DNA of 63,965 nucleotides, filler included, from Psammoneis japonica (lineage: Eukaryota), in the NCBI GenBank assembly GCA_008632985.1. It is 4 parts of 4 records of this genome, joined end to end, with 100 filler letters (N's around TTAATTAATTAA, not from the genome) between each part and the next. Parts side by side here need not be neighbours in the genome. Positions count along the whole stretch, not along the records: positions 29,958 to 59,728 come from QPGO01000393.1; positions 59,829 to 62,636 come from QPGO01000416.1; 2 more parts are not named here. One strand, 5' to 3'. The notes below the pieces were generated by a model, which worked only from the letters and a program-made list of their open reading frames with translations, made no database searches and was not told the DNA's origin. Shown piece by piece: positions 50,673-62,736 of this stretch (positions are counted from its first letter, which is position 1; the number at the start of each line of letters is the position of its first letter). Position numbers and translations under genes: made by a program.

Positions 50673-53600
50673 TCAGTTGAGGAGCTTTCGCCACCAACCT
50701 CCCCAGCCTTCTCCTCCTTTCTTACGCCCTCCTTTGGAAGAAGTTGATCTGTATCTAGTGTACTGCAAATACTCTCTTGGACCGCGGTATGTCGAGTAAG
50801 CGGTGTATCCTTTTCCCCTGCGGGTGGTTCTTCCGGGTCCTCGGCGGCGCCGTCCTTTGGATGCAGGACCGGGACTACGGCGTGCCGGTCCTGGTCTGCG
50901 GTACGATGGACCGGGGTCGCGACGTGCTGGACCTGGTCTACGGTAGGATGGACCTGGTCTGCGGTAAGATGGACCTGGTCTGCGGTAGGATGGACCTGGT
51001 CTGCGGTAGGATGGACCTGGTCTACGGTACGACGGACCGGGGTTGCGGCGTGCTGGACCTGGTCTACGGTACGACGGACCGGGTTTGCGGCGTGCAGGAC
51101 CTGGTCTGCGGTATGATGGGCCGGGGTTGCGGCGTGCAGGACCTGGTCTGCGGTATGATGGGCCGGGGCTGCGCGCATAAGATGCCCCGTTCCATGACAT
51201 GCCATTTCCAACCGGCCCGCGCCTCCTTGGCCCAGGAGAATGACCAGGGGGGCAAGGCTCGCCATTGAGTTCTCCACCACGATCCGGTGGTCCTTCTGGA
51301 TCTTCTCCAATGAAGGGACAAGACGCTCCGTTCATACTCTGAAAGATCTCTAGCTCTGTCTCAAAGTCATTGTTGAACCATCCGTCCTGGAAGAGGTCAA
51401 TGACTTGATTTGGTGACAATCCATACTCAATGTTTGGATTAGCACTGTTGAGCAGGGCCGCCACGGCGTGTCTGGCAAAGGCGTTAGGTTGGCCAGTCTC
51501 CGACACGACGTCCAAGAGATCTCGGTTGCCCTCTGCGTTGACCTCGAACACGATATCAAACCTCTCGTTTGGTGTGTAGCTTACCCAAGCAGCATCGTTT
51601 TCTCTCCAGAAACTTGGCATGCATCCCTGATCGCCCGGGGTAAAGTACGAACTCTCGTCGTTCGCATTCACTTCTATGTCAATCCCCAATTCGTCGACAA
51701 TATAGCGCCCGCTGACCATACCCCGAAGCTGTGTCAAGCCCGGCGACCCTGCGGTTTGTCGCGCTTCCCAAACCCACGTTGCTCCTGGCTGAAGCACTCC
51801 GTTTTCTCCACCTTCCCGCAGAACCGGAAAGATGCGTGGATCGATTTCGGAGAAGATGATGTTTCGTAGGGGTACGTTACCACGATTGGTCACTGTGTAT
51901 GTGATAATGGCTTCGTCGCCAGCTTCCACGGTGTCGCTATTTAGGCCATTCACCTCCGTCTCGATGTCAATGTCTGGAATAAAGTAATCCGTTTCATCAG
52001 ATGCGGAGATTTCTTGGTCGTCGCACGTGGCTGTGACTGTGGCAAAAGTGTTTGTTTCGCCGGTTGTGGCTGTTCCAGTAGCAACATAGACCCATGCCTC
52101 GTCTATGTCAAGAATATCGTCGCCATCGTCGTCGCCTTCCTCGTATCTGATGGTCACGCCTTGACCATCGTTAATCTGAATGTTGGTAACCGGAGCATTT
52201 CCTATGTTCTTGACCTTGTATGTCCAAGTGATTGCTTCGCCGGGAAGGATAATTCTGTCGTCCCCTCCGTTGGTCTTGGCGATGAGTCTCACCTGGCAAT
52301 CAGCCGGGACATCAACCGTGTAGGAGCTTGGGTCGTCGTCTTCTACCATTGTGTCACCAAACATGCCAGTGACTGACCCTATGTTCTCATATGGTTCCTC
52401 TTCGGCAATCCCGACGGCTCTGTACACCCATCGCTCGCCAACGTCAAGAATGCCATTGTTATTGGTGTCACCCTCCTCAAGGAGTGGAACTACTCCCTTG
52501 TTGTCAGTGACGGTGATGTTGGACAAAGGCACGTCACCAACGTTTTTCACAACGTAGGTAAAGACCACGTTCTCACCGGCGCTGACCATTCGCCCGTCTC
52601 CTCCTCTGTTCGAGTGTTGATTCGGATATTAGGAAAAGCAAACCCGACATGCGAAGTCGGGTCTCGAGATATGACGTCAACTCCGTTGTATTTGGCTGAG
52701 ACAATTCCCGTGTTGTTGTACGGGCCCTCCTGTTCGACGATACCATTTGCTACGTACAACCATGTCTCTCCGCGGTCAAGCTCGTCGTTACCATTGGTGT
52801 CACCCGATAAGTAGGACGGAGTTGCACCCTTGTCATCCGTCACCTCAATGTCGGAGAGAGAAACGTCGCCTTCATTTGTCACAATATACGTCCACTGCAC
52901 GACCTCACCAACACCAGCGGCAAAGTCGTCCGTTTCGTTGGTCTGCGTAACAATCTTAATTCGTTTCTCCGCAACATAAGAACTTGGGTCTGCTGCGGTG
53001 ACCGTTTCGCCGTTGGAAATGGCAGTGACCGTTCCGATGTTGGAATATGGTTCTCCACCTGCTAGTCCGTCTGATTGGAAGACCCATACTTCACCAGGCT
53101 CTAGGATGCCATTGTTGTTATCATCTCCACCAACGAGCGTTGGGATCGTGCCTCCGCTGTCCACCACTTGAACATCTGAGAGAGGTTGGTCTCCTAGGTT
53201 GGACACAAAGAACGTCCACGTTACAGCTTCACCTTCTTCCACTGCCACATTATCACCGTCGTTGGTTACAGTTTCAATGCTAATAGGATTGGAAATGACT
53301 GCAGTGTAGGAGCTGGAATCATCATCATCCACCGTTTGTCCTCTGGATTTTGCCTCAACAGTTCCAACATTATTGTAAGTGCCATTCACTGCGCTGCCGG
53401 TGGCTTGGTATAGCCATGTCTCGTCAACGTCTAACTTTCCGTCCTCGTCTTCGTCACCAGAGACGAGGTTTTCAATCACTCCAATTTGGTCATCAGTGAC
53501 AAGAACGTTCTTCAAAGGCACATTCCCCTCATTGGTAACGGCGTACGTCCAGATGACACCATCGCCGACATCCAGGGTTATTCCATCGTCGCCATTGGTC

Positions 53601-56600
53601 AAAGTTTCAATCTTTACTGAGACATTGTACCCGAAGTAGGAGCTTGGGTCATTGTCAACGGCGTCTTCGTCACCAAAGGAACCTTCTACTGTGCCAGAGT
53701 TAAAGTAGTCTCCAGTCCTGGCAGTACCATTGGCAGCGTAAATCCATGTCTCCCCGACATCGAGAATGTCATCGCCATTCAAGTCTCCCGAGATCAATAC
53801 CGGTACAACACCGGGTTCATCATCGTCGATACGAATGTTACTCAAGGGGACGTTACCGTCATTGGTAACAATGTATGTCCAGGTAACGAGACTTCCCGCT
53901 TCAATTTCAACTCCCGCTTCTTCACCGTTGGTCAGCGTTTCAATCATGACAGATACATTCGCGCCAAAGTAGGATGAGGAATCTTCGTCTTCAACTTCTT
54001 CCTCGCCGGACGTAGCGGAAACTCTTCCTGTGTTGCTGTAGTTCCCGGCCCTGGAAGTATCAACGGCTTCATATACCCAAGTCTCATCGACATCAAGCTC
54101 GTCGTCGCCGTCAATATCACCATCCACAAGATTCGTAACTTGACCGATAATGTCATCAATGACTAACACGTTGACGAGGGGCGCCGTACCCTCGTTAGTG
54201 ACGGTGTAAGTCCATGTAACAGGCTCATCAACAATAATGTCGATACCATCGTCATCATTGGTCCGCGTGTCTATCTTAATAGCCACTGTCGTTGGTGCTT
54301 GAGAAAGGGGGTCTGATGGGCTCTTGCTCGGACGAGCAGTAGGAGACAGCGTCGGCATTAAAGTCGGTTTGTCGGTAGGGTCTGAGGATGGGAGCAGAGT
54401 CGGTTCTGCCGATGGTGCTCGGGATGGGGCAGCGACAGGCATCCTACTAGGAGATTCGCTCGAAGATGGTGCAGCTGAAGGATCCTCACTAGGAATGCCC
54501 GTCGGATACTTTGTTGGTGCGAATGAAGGACGAGAACTCGGTGTGTCTGTTGGCGCGTTCGTTGGAGCATCAGAAGGTGACACCGAAGTCTGTAAACCGA
54601 CATACGAGGTGGGGTCGGAATCGTCAACCTTCTTTCCGTTCGCTGTAGCCTCGGTCGATCCGGTGTTGTTGTAGACACCGACTTGTGCGATTCCGTAGTC
54701 CTCGAAGATCCACGTTTCAAACACATCAAGCTTTCCATCATTGTCTAAATCTCCCGAAACTCGGTTGGTGATCGCACCCCTTACGCTGTCTTCTACAGTA
54801 ACGTTGGAAAGTTCAAAGTTGCCAGTGTTGGTCACTGTGTACTTCCACGTGACGGCCTCCCCACTATCAACGTCCAATCCGTCCTCTCCGTTGGTCACTG
54901 TGTCAATCAAGATAGATGCATTCACGCCATAATAAGACGAAGGGTCTGAATTATCGACCGGCTGGCCGTTGAGCAGGGCCGAAGTCGATCCGGTGTTATC
55001 GAACACCCCCTCATCGGCGGTGCCGTATGCCTCGTACACCCACGTTTCGGTCGGATCCAACTTTCCGTCCCCGTTTGAATCACCACGGAGGAGGTTGGTA
55101 ACCGGTCCTCCCTCGCTGTCCCGAACCGTGATATTGGTGAGAGGCTCACTGCCCAGGTTGGTGACGGTGTAAGTCCAGGTAACGAGTTCTCCAACATTGA
55201 TGTTGGGCCCGTCTTGGCCGTTAGTTACTGTGTCGATTCCGATGGACGCGTTCACGCCATAATAAGACGTGGAATCAGATGCTTCCACCGTCTTTCCATT
55301 CGCTGTGGCCTCGGCCGATCCGGTGTTGTTGTAGACGCCGACTTGTGCTATTCCGTAGTCCTCGAAGATCCACGTTTCAAACAAATCAAGCTTTCCGTCT
55401 TTGTCTGAATCTCCCGAAACAAGGTTGGTGATCGTACCCCTTACGCTGTCTTCCACAGTAACATTGGAAAGTTCAAAGTTGCCTGTGTTGGTCACTGTGT
55501 ACTTCCACGTGACGTTCTTTCCATTATCGATGTTCAATCCATCGTAACCGTTGGTCACTGTGTCAATCAAGATAGATGCGTTCACGCCAAAATAAAATGT
55601 AGCGTCCGAGGCATTCACTGCTTGGCCGTTGGACAGGGCCGACGTCGATCCAGTGTTGTCGACCACCCCTCTTCGGCGGTGCCGTAGGCCTCGTACACCC
55701 ACGTTTCGGTCGGATCCAAGTTTCCGTCCCCGTTTGAATCACCACGGAGGAGGTTGGTAACCGGTCCTCCCTCGCTGTCCCGAACCGTGATATTGGTGAG
55801 AGGCTCACTGCCCAGGTTGGTGACGGTGTAAGTCCAGGTAACGAGTTCTCCCACATTGATGTTGGGCCCGTCTTGGCCGTTAGCTACTGTGTCGATTCCA
55901 ATGGACGGAGAAAGCGTCGGTGATGTAGTCGGTTTGTCGCTAGCGTCTGAGGATGGGAGCAGAGTCGGTTCTGCCGATGGTGCTCGGGATGGGGCAGCGA
56001 CAGGCATCCTACTAGGAGATTCGCTCGAAGATGGTGCAGCTGAAGGATCCTCACTAGGAATGCCCGTCGGATACTTTGTTGGTGCGAATGAAGGACGAGA
56101 ACTCGGTGTGTCTGTTGGCGCGTTCGTTGGAGCATCAGAAGGTGACACCGAAGTCTGTAAACCGACATACGAGGTGGGGTCGAAATCGTCAACCTTCTTT
56201 CCGTTCGCTGTAGCCTCGGTCGATCCGGTGTTGTTGTAGACACCGACTTGTGCGATCCCGTAGTCCTCGAAGATCCACGTTTCAAACACATCAAGCTTTC
56301 CATCATTGTCTAAATCTCCCGAAACCCGGTTGGTGATCGCACCCCTTACGCTGTCTTCTACAGTAACGTTGGAAAGTTCAAAGTTGCCAGTGTTGGTCAC
56401 TGTGTACTTCCACGTGACGGCCTCCCCACTATCAACGTCCAATCCGTCCTCTCCGTTGGTCACTGTGTCAATCAAGATAGATGCATTCACGCCATAATAA
56501 GACGAAGGGTCTGAATTATTGACCGGCTGGCCGTTGAGCAGGGCCGAAGTCGATCCGGTGTTGTCGAACACCCCCTCATCGGCGGTGCCGTATGCCTCGT

Positions 56601-59600
56601 ACACCCACGTTTCGGTCGGATCCAAGTTTCCGTCCCCGTTTGAATCACCACGGAGGAGGTTGGTAACCGGTCCTCCCTCGCTGTCCCGAACCGTGATATT
56701 GGTGAGAGGCTCACTGCCCAGGTTGGTGACGGTGTAAGTCCAGGTAACGAGTTCTCCAACATTGATGTTGGGCCCGTCTTGGCCGTTAGTTACTGTGTCG
56801 ATTCCGATGGACGCGTTCACGCCATAATAAGACGTGGAATCAGATGCTTCCACCGTCTTTCCATTCGCTGTGGCCTCGGCCGATCCGGTGTTGTTGTAGA
56901 CGCCGACTTGTGCTATTCCGTAGTCCTCGAAGATCCACGTTTCAAAGAAATCAAGCTTTCCGTCTTTGTCTGAATCTCCCGAAACAAGGTTGGTGATCGT
57001 ACCCCTTACGCTGTCTTCTACAGTAACATTGGAAAGTTCAAAGTTGCCTGTGTTGGTCACTGTGTACTTCCACGTGACGTTCTTTCCATTATCGATGTTC
57101 AATCCATCGTAACCGTTGGTCACTGTGTCAATCAAGATAGATGCGTTCACGCCAAAATAAAATGTAGCGTCCGAGGCATTCACTGCTTGGCCGTTGGACA
57201 GGGCCGACGTCGATCCAGTGTTGTCTACCACCCCCTCTTCGGCGGTGCCGTAGGCCTCGTACACCCACGTTTCGGTCGGATCCAAGTTTCCGTCCCCGTT
57301 TGAATCACCACGGAGGAGGTTGGTAACCGGTCCTCCCTCGCTGTCCCGTACCGTGATATTGGTGAGAGGCTCACTGCCCAGGTTGGTGACGGTGTAAGTC
57401 CAGGTAACGAGTTTTCCCACATTGATGTTGGGCCCGTCTTGGCCGTTAGCTACTGTGTCGATTCCAATGGACGGAGAAAGCGTCGGTGATGTAGTCGGTT
57501 TGTCGCTAGGGTCTGAGGATGGAGCAGAGTCGGTTCTGCCGATGGTGCTCGGGATGGGGCAGCGACAGGCATCCTACTAGGAGATTCGCTCGAAGATGGT
57601 GCAGCTGAAGGATCCTCACTAGGAATGCCCGTCGGATACTTTGTTGGTGCGAATGAAGGACGAGAACTCGGTGTGTCTGTTGGCGCGTTCGTTGGAGCAT
57701 CAGAAGGTGACACCGAAGTCTGTAAACCGACATACGAGGTGGGGTCGGAATCGTCAACCTTCTTTCCGTTCGCTGTAGCCTCGGTCGATCCGGTGTTGTT
57801 GTAGACACCGACTTGTGCGATCCCGTAGTCCTCGAAGATCCACGTTTCAAACACATCAAGCTTTCCATCATTGTCTAAATCTCCCGAAACCCGGTTGGTG
57901 ATCGCACCCCTTACGCTGTCTTCTACCAGTAACGTTGGAAAGTTCAAAGTTGCCAGTGTTGGTCACTGTGTACTTCCACGTGACGGCCTCCCCACTATCA
58001 ACGTCCAATCCGTCCTCTCCGTTGGTCACTGTGTCAATCAGATAGATGCATTCACGCCATAATAAGACGAAGGGTCTGAATTATTGACCGGCTGGCCGTT
58101 GAGCAGGGCCGAAGTCGATCCGGTGTTGTCGAACACCCCCTCATCGGCGGTGCCGTATGCCTCGTACACCCACGTTTCGGTCGGATCCAAGTTTCCGTCC
58201 CCGTTTGAATCACCACGGAGGAGGTTGGTAACCGGTCCTCCCTCGCTGTCCCGAACCGTGATATTGGTGAGAGGCTCACTGCCCAGGTTGGTGACGGTGT
58301 AAGTCCAGGTAACGAGTTCTCCAACATTGATGTTGGGCCCGTCTTGGCCGTTAGTTACTGTGTCGATTCCGATGGACGCGTTCACGCCATAATAAGACGT
58401 GGAATCAGATGCTTCCACCGTCTTCCATTCGCTGTGGCCTCGGCCGATCCGGTGTTGTTGTAGACGCCGACTTGTGCTATTCCGTAGTCCTCGAAGATCC
58501 ACGTTTCAAAGAAATCAAGCTTTCCGTCTTTGTCTGAATCTCCGAAACAAGGTTGGTGATCGTACCCCTTACGCTGTCTTCTACAGTAACATTGGAAAGT
58601 TCAAAGTTGCCTGTGTTGGTCACTGTGTACTTCCACGTGACGTTCTTTCCATTATCGATGTTCAATCCATCGTAACCGTTGGTCACTGTGTCAATCAAGA
58701 TAGATGCGTTCACGCCAAAATAAAATGTAGCGTCCGAGGCATTCACTGCTTGGCCGTTGGACAGGGCCGACGTCGATCCAGTGTTGTCTACCACCCCCTC
58801 TTCGGCGGTGCCGTAGGCCTCGTACACCCACGTTTCGGTCGGATCCAAGTTTCCGTCCCCGTTTGAATCACCACGGAGGAGGTTGGTAACCGGTCCTCCC
58901 TCGCTGTCCCGTACCGTGATATTGGTGAGAGGCTCACTGCCCAGGTTGGTGACGGTGTAAGTCCAGGTAACGAGTTCTCCCACATTGATGTTGGGCCCGT
59001 CTTGGCCGTTAGCTACTGTGTCGATTCCAATGGACGGAGAAAGCGTCGGTGATGTAGTCGGTTTGTCGCTAGGGTCTGAGGATGGGAGCAGAGTCGGTTC
59101 TGCCGATGGTGCTCGGGATGGGGCAGCGACAGGCATCCTACTAGGAGATTCGCTCGAAGATGGTGCAGCTGAAGGATCCTCACTAGGAATGCCCGTCGGA
59201 TACTTTGTTGGTGCGAATGAAGGACGAGAACTCGGTGTGTCTGTTGGCGCGTTCGTTGGAGCATCAGAAGGTGACACCGAAGTCTGTAAACCGACATACG
59301 AGGTGGGGTCGGAATCGTCAACCTTCTTTCCGTTCGCTGTAGCCTCGGTCGATCCGGTGTTGTTGTAGACACCGACTTGTGCGATTCCGTAGTCCTCGAA
59401 GATCCACGTTTCAAACACATCAAGCTTTCCATCATTGTCTAAATCTCCCGAAACCCGGTTGGTGATCGCACCCCTTACGCTGTCTTCTACAGTAACGTTG
59501 GAAAGTTCAAAGTTGCCAGTGTTGGTCACTGTGTACTTCCACGTGACGGCCTCCCCACTATCAACGTCCAATCCGTCCTCTCCGTTGGTCACTGTGTCAA

Positions 59601-59728
59601 TCAAGATAGATGCATTCACGCCATAATAAGACGAAGGGTCTGAATTATTGACCGGCTGGCCGTTGAGCAGGGCCGAAGTCGATCCGGGTTGTCGAACACC
59701 CCCTCATCGGCGTGCCGGTATGCCTCGT
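50673..59728 (-). CDS. Giant (~3000 aa or more, 5' end missing) extracellular repeat protein: DUF11/DUF7507-like domains with DxDxDG loops, Ser/Pro/Thr linkers, a GCxPxFW...ARHAVAALLN domain and an Arg/Pro/Tyr-rich tail
   Basis: More than 20 repeats of VTWTYTVTNxGNxxLxNxxVxD...GDxxxDGxLDxxETWxY...YxNTG across ORFs 58477, 58038, 57450, 55615, 52547 and 50673, linked by 1-nt frameshifts. Confidence 0.8.
50865..51170 (-). repeat. 21/42-bp coding minisatellite encoding (RRPGPSY / RRPGPARRxPGPSY)n
   Basis: Repeated ggacctggtct(g/a)cggta units on the plus strand. Confidence 0.9.
54360..59728 (-). repeat. Intragenic tandem repeat with a ~1565-bp unit (4 domains + S/P/T linker), ~3.4 near-identical copies
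   Basis: Equivalent positions at 55856, 57420 and 58985; 54741, 56306, 57871 and 59435. Confidence 0.9.
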
Positions 59729-59828
59729 NNNNNNNNNNNNNNNNNNNNNNNNNNNNNNNNNNNNNNNNNNNNTTAATTAATTAANNNNNNNNNNNNNNNN
59801 NNNNNNNNNNNNNNNNNNNNNNNNNNNN
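59729..59828. other. Artificial contig linker
   Basis: N44-TTAATTAATTAA (59773-59784)-N44. Confidence 0.95.
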
Positions 59829-60402
59829 GTTTCAAGGAAAACAAACATGTGTTTTCAAGGAAAACAAACATGTGGTTTCAAGGAAAACAAACATGTCATT
59901 TCAGGGAAAACAAACATGTCATTTCAAGGAAATCAAACATGTCTTTTCAAGGAAAACAAACATGTCGTCTCAAGGAAAACAAACATGTCTTTTCAAGGAA
60001 AACAAATGTGTGTTTCTAAGGAAATCAAACATGTCTTTTCAACAAAAAAAAACATGTCGTTTCAAGGAAAACAAACTTGTGTTTTCAAGAAAAACAAACA
60101 TGTGGTTTCAAAGAAACCAAACATGTCGTTTCAGGGAAAACAAACATGTCGTTTCAAGGAAAACAAACATGTCGTTTCACGGAAAACAAACATGTCTTTT
60201 CAAGAAAAACAAACATGTCTTTTCAAGGGAAACAAATGTGTCTTTTCAAGGAAAACAAACGTGTCATTTCAGGGAAACCAAACATGTGGTTTCAAGGAAA
60301 ACAAACATGTCTTTTCAAGGAAAACAAACATGTTTTTTCAAGAAAAACAAACATGTTGTTTCAAAGAAAACAAACATGTCTTTTCAAGGAAAACAAACGT
60401 GT
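59829..60402. repeat. 23-bp satellite, consensus ~CTTTTCAAGGAAAACAAACATGT, ~25 copies, running into an N gap
   Basis: Direct head-to-tail repetition without unique spacers. Confidence 0.95.
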
Positions 60403-60946
60403 NNNNNNNNNNNNNNNNNNNNNNNNNNNNNNNNNNNNNNNNNNNNNNNNNNNNNNNNNNNNNNNNNNNNNNNNNNNNNNNNNNNNNNNNNNNNNNNNNN
60501 NNNNNNNNNNNNNNNNNNNNNNNNNNNNNNNNNNNNNNNNNNNNNNNNNNNNNNNNNNNNNNNNNNNNNNNNNNNNNNNNNNNNNNNNNNNNNNNNNNNN
60601 NNNNNNNNNNNNNNNNNNNNNNNNNNNNNNNNNNNNNNNNNNNNNNNNNNNNNNNNNNNNNNNNNNNNNNNNNNNNNNNNNNNNNNNNNNNNNNNNNNNN
60701 NNNNNNNNNNNNNNNNNNNNNNNNNNNNNNNNNNNNNNNNNNNNNNNNNNNNNNNNNNNNNNNNNNNNNNNNNNNNNNNNNNNNNNNNNNNNNNNNNNNN
60801 NNNNNNNNNNNNNNNNNNNNNNNNNNNNNNNNNNNNNNNNNNNNNNNNNNNNNNNNNNNNNNNNNNNNNNNNNNNNNNNNNNNNNNNNNNNNNNNNNNNN
60901 NNNNNNNNNNNNNNNNNNNNNNNNNNNNNNNNNNNNNNNNNNNNNN

Positions 60947-62636
60947 CTTCCTGAGGTCGCTGGCTCGAATCGGCCTCAAATCCAAGCCTCCTTTTCTTTC
61001 TCGGCCTGCCCCTTTCCAACCCCATCCGGGGTGGGCGGCTGGGCTTCGAACCCACTCCTCCCTTGGCCGGATGCGCCACATGGCGCTGGCCCATCCTGCC
61101 CAACATGGGGAGTGCATGGCCAAATTCGTGAGTCCTCCGTGCGGATGCACCACATGGTGACAACCCATCCTGCGACGAGAGGGAGAGTTGGACAAATGCT
61201 GTGTGACGATGCTGCGCACAACACACACCCAAATGTGTGCGCGGAGAAGGGACTCAACAGCCAGCCGAGTGGCAACTTCTTTGCCTCTTGGGTTGTTGAG
61301 AACCTCTTGCACTCGCCAGGGCAGTGTGCAGCATTCTGAGTGGTTGTGAGTCTTTGCACTTCCTGAGGTCGCTGGCTCGAATCGGCCTCAAATCCAAGCC
61401 TCCTTTTCTTTCTCGGCCTGCCCCTTTCCAACCCCATCCGGGGTGGGCGGCTGGGCTTCGAACCCACTCCTCCCTTGGCCAGATGCGCCACATGGCACCA
61501 ACCCATCCTGCCTGACAGAGGGAGTGCATGGTCAAATTCGCAAGTCCGCTGTGCAGATGCACCACATGGCAACAACCCAGAGTTGGACAAATGCTGTGCG
61601 ATGATGCTGTGCACAACACACGCATCAGAGTGCACGAAACGTTAAAAATGTGTGGATTTGCATGATGGCAATTTGTCAAAATGTTGCAAAAAATTGTTGT
61701 CACACAATGACAGGCCAACCTCTGGTTGCAAGTTTGCTGTGCCAATGTCACGACAACTTGTTGAGAATCATGTGCGCCATTTTTCACTGTGCCCACATCG
61801 CCATTTCTGCCTCCACCTTGTTGCCATGTGCCAATCCATGATTGCATTGCCGCACAATCCTTGGTTTGTCAATTTTGCAACAGGGGTGTGATCACAGAAC
61901 CACTTGCATGCCTGCTTGTTCCTTCGTTTGCTGCCAGCGACAGTGTCTGGGCCAAGCGGATCCCATGTCGGCACAATCAGGATGTCTTTCTTTTCGTTCT
62001 TGTCACGGCTTGACTTTTTCCTGCCTTGCTTTTTCCTCTTGACTGCCGCCTTGAGTTTCTTTTCTTTTTCCTTTCCCTCTTCCTTGGCAACAACGCCTGC
62101 ACAGACAAAGCATCACCGTCATCTTCTTGCGAGATGCGTGCAACTCTCGAGTCACACACATTGGTCACCCAACTTGTGGGCCATTGCCTCCACCCCAACA
62201 GCCGAACACACCGTGTTTCTGAGATTGTCAACTTGCCTTTTTGCCGCCTCTTTTGCCCATTCCTCCCAAGTTCCTGACCAATTTGAAGTGTCCATGTTGC
62301 CACCAGCAATCTGTTTCTTGACAAACATTGAGACGCTCCCATTGCTTGCCAGTTCTGATGGACTGAGAAACTTCACCTGTGAAAAGAGATCATTTCCAGC
62401 CACCTTCTCCACTTCTGGTTTCAGCGCACCATGCGCTGCCTGCGCGCCCATTCTCTTCAACACTGCCTGAAGTCTCAGGCTCATTGGCTCAACAGTCTCA
62501 TTTTTCTTTCTCTTCTTTGCCGGTGGTGCTGGAGACGACATCTTGATCTTTTCACAGCAGGCCTGTTCCAGCTCCAGGTGCTCCGCGTGGGTTCGATTCC
62601 CATCATTTGGAAATTTGTGCATTTGGCGCAATGACT
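60947..62636. mobile_element. TpA-free TE-like remnant with a direct duplication (60947 vs 61359, offset 412)
   Basis: Only one TA found by eye (~61643). ORF 62152-62631 (-) may be a relic of a real protein. Family unknown. Confidence 0.5.
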
Positions 62637-62736
62637 NNNNNNNNNNNNNNNNNNNNNNNNNNNNNNNNNNNNNNNNNNNNTTAATTAATTAANNNNNNNN
62701 NNNNNNNNNNNNNNNNNNNNNNNNNNNNNNNNNNNN
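62637..62736. other. Artificial contig linker
   Basis: N44-TTAATTAATTAA (62681-62692)-N44. Confidence 0.95.

Noticed and set aside
59829..60402. CRISPR array, or a coding repeat (ORFs 59847, 59872, 60077)
   Set aside because: There are no unique spacers and no cas genes, and the context is eukaryotic. The frames are open only because the repeat lacks stops and runs into Ns.
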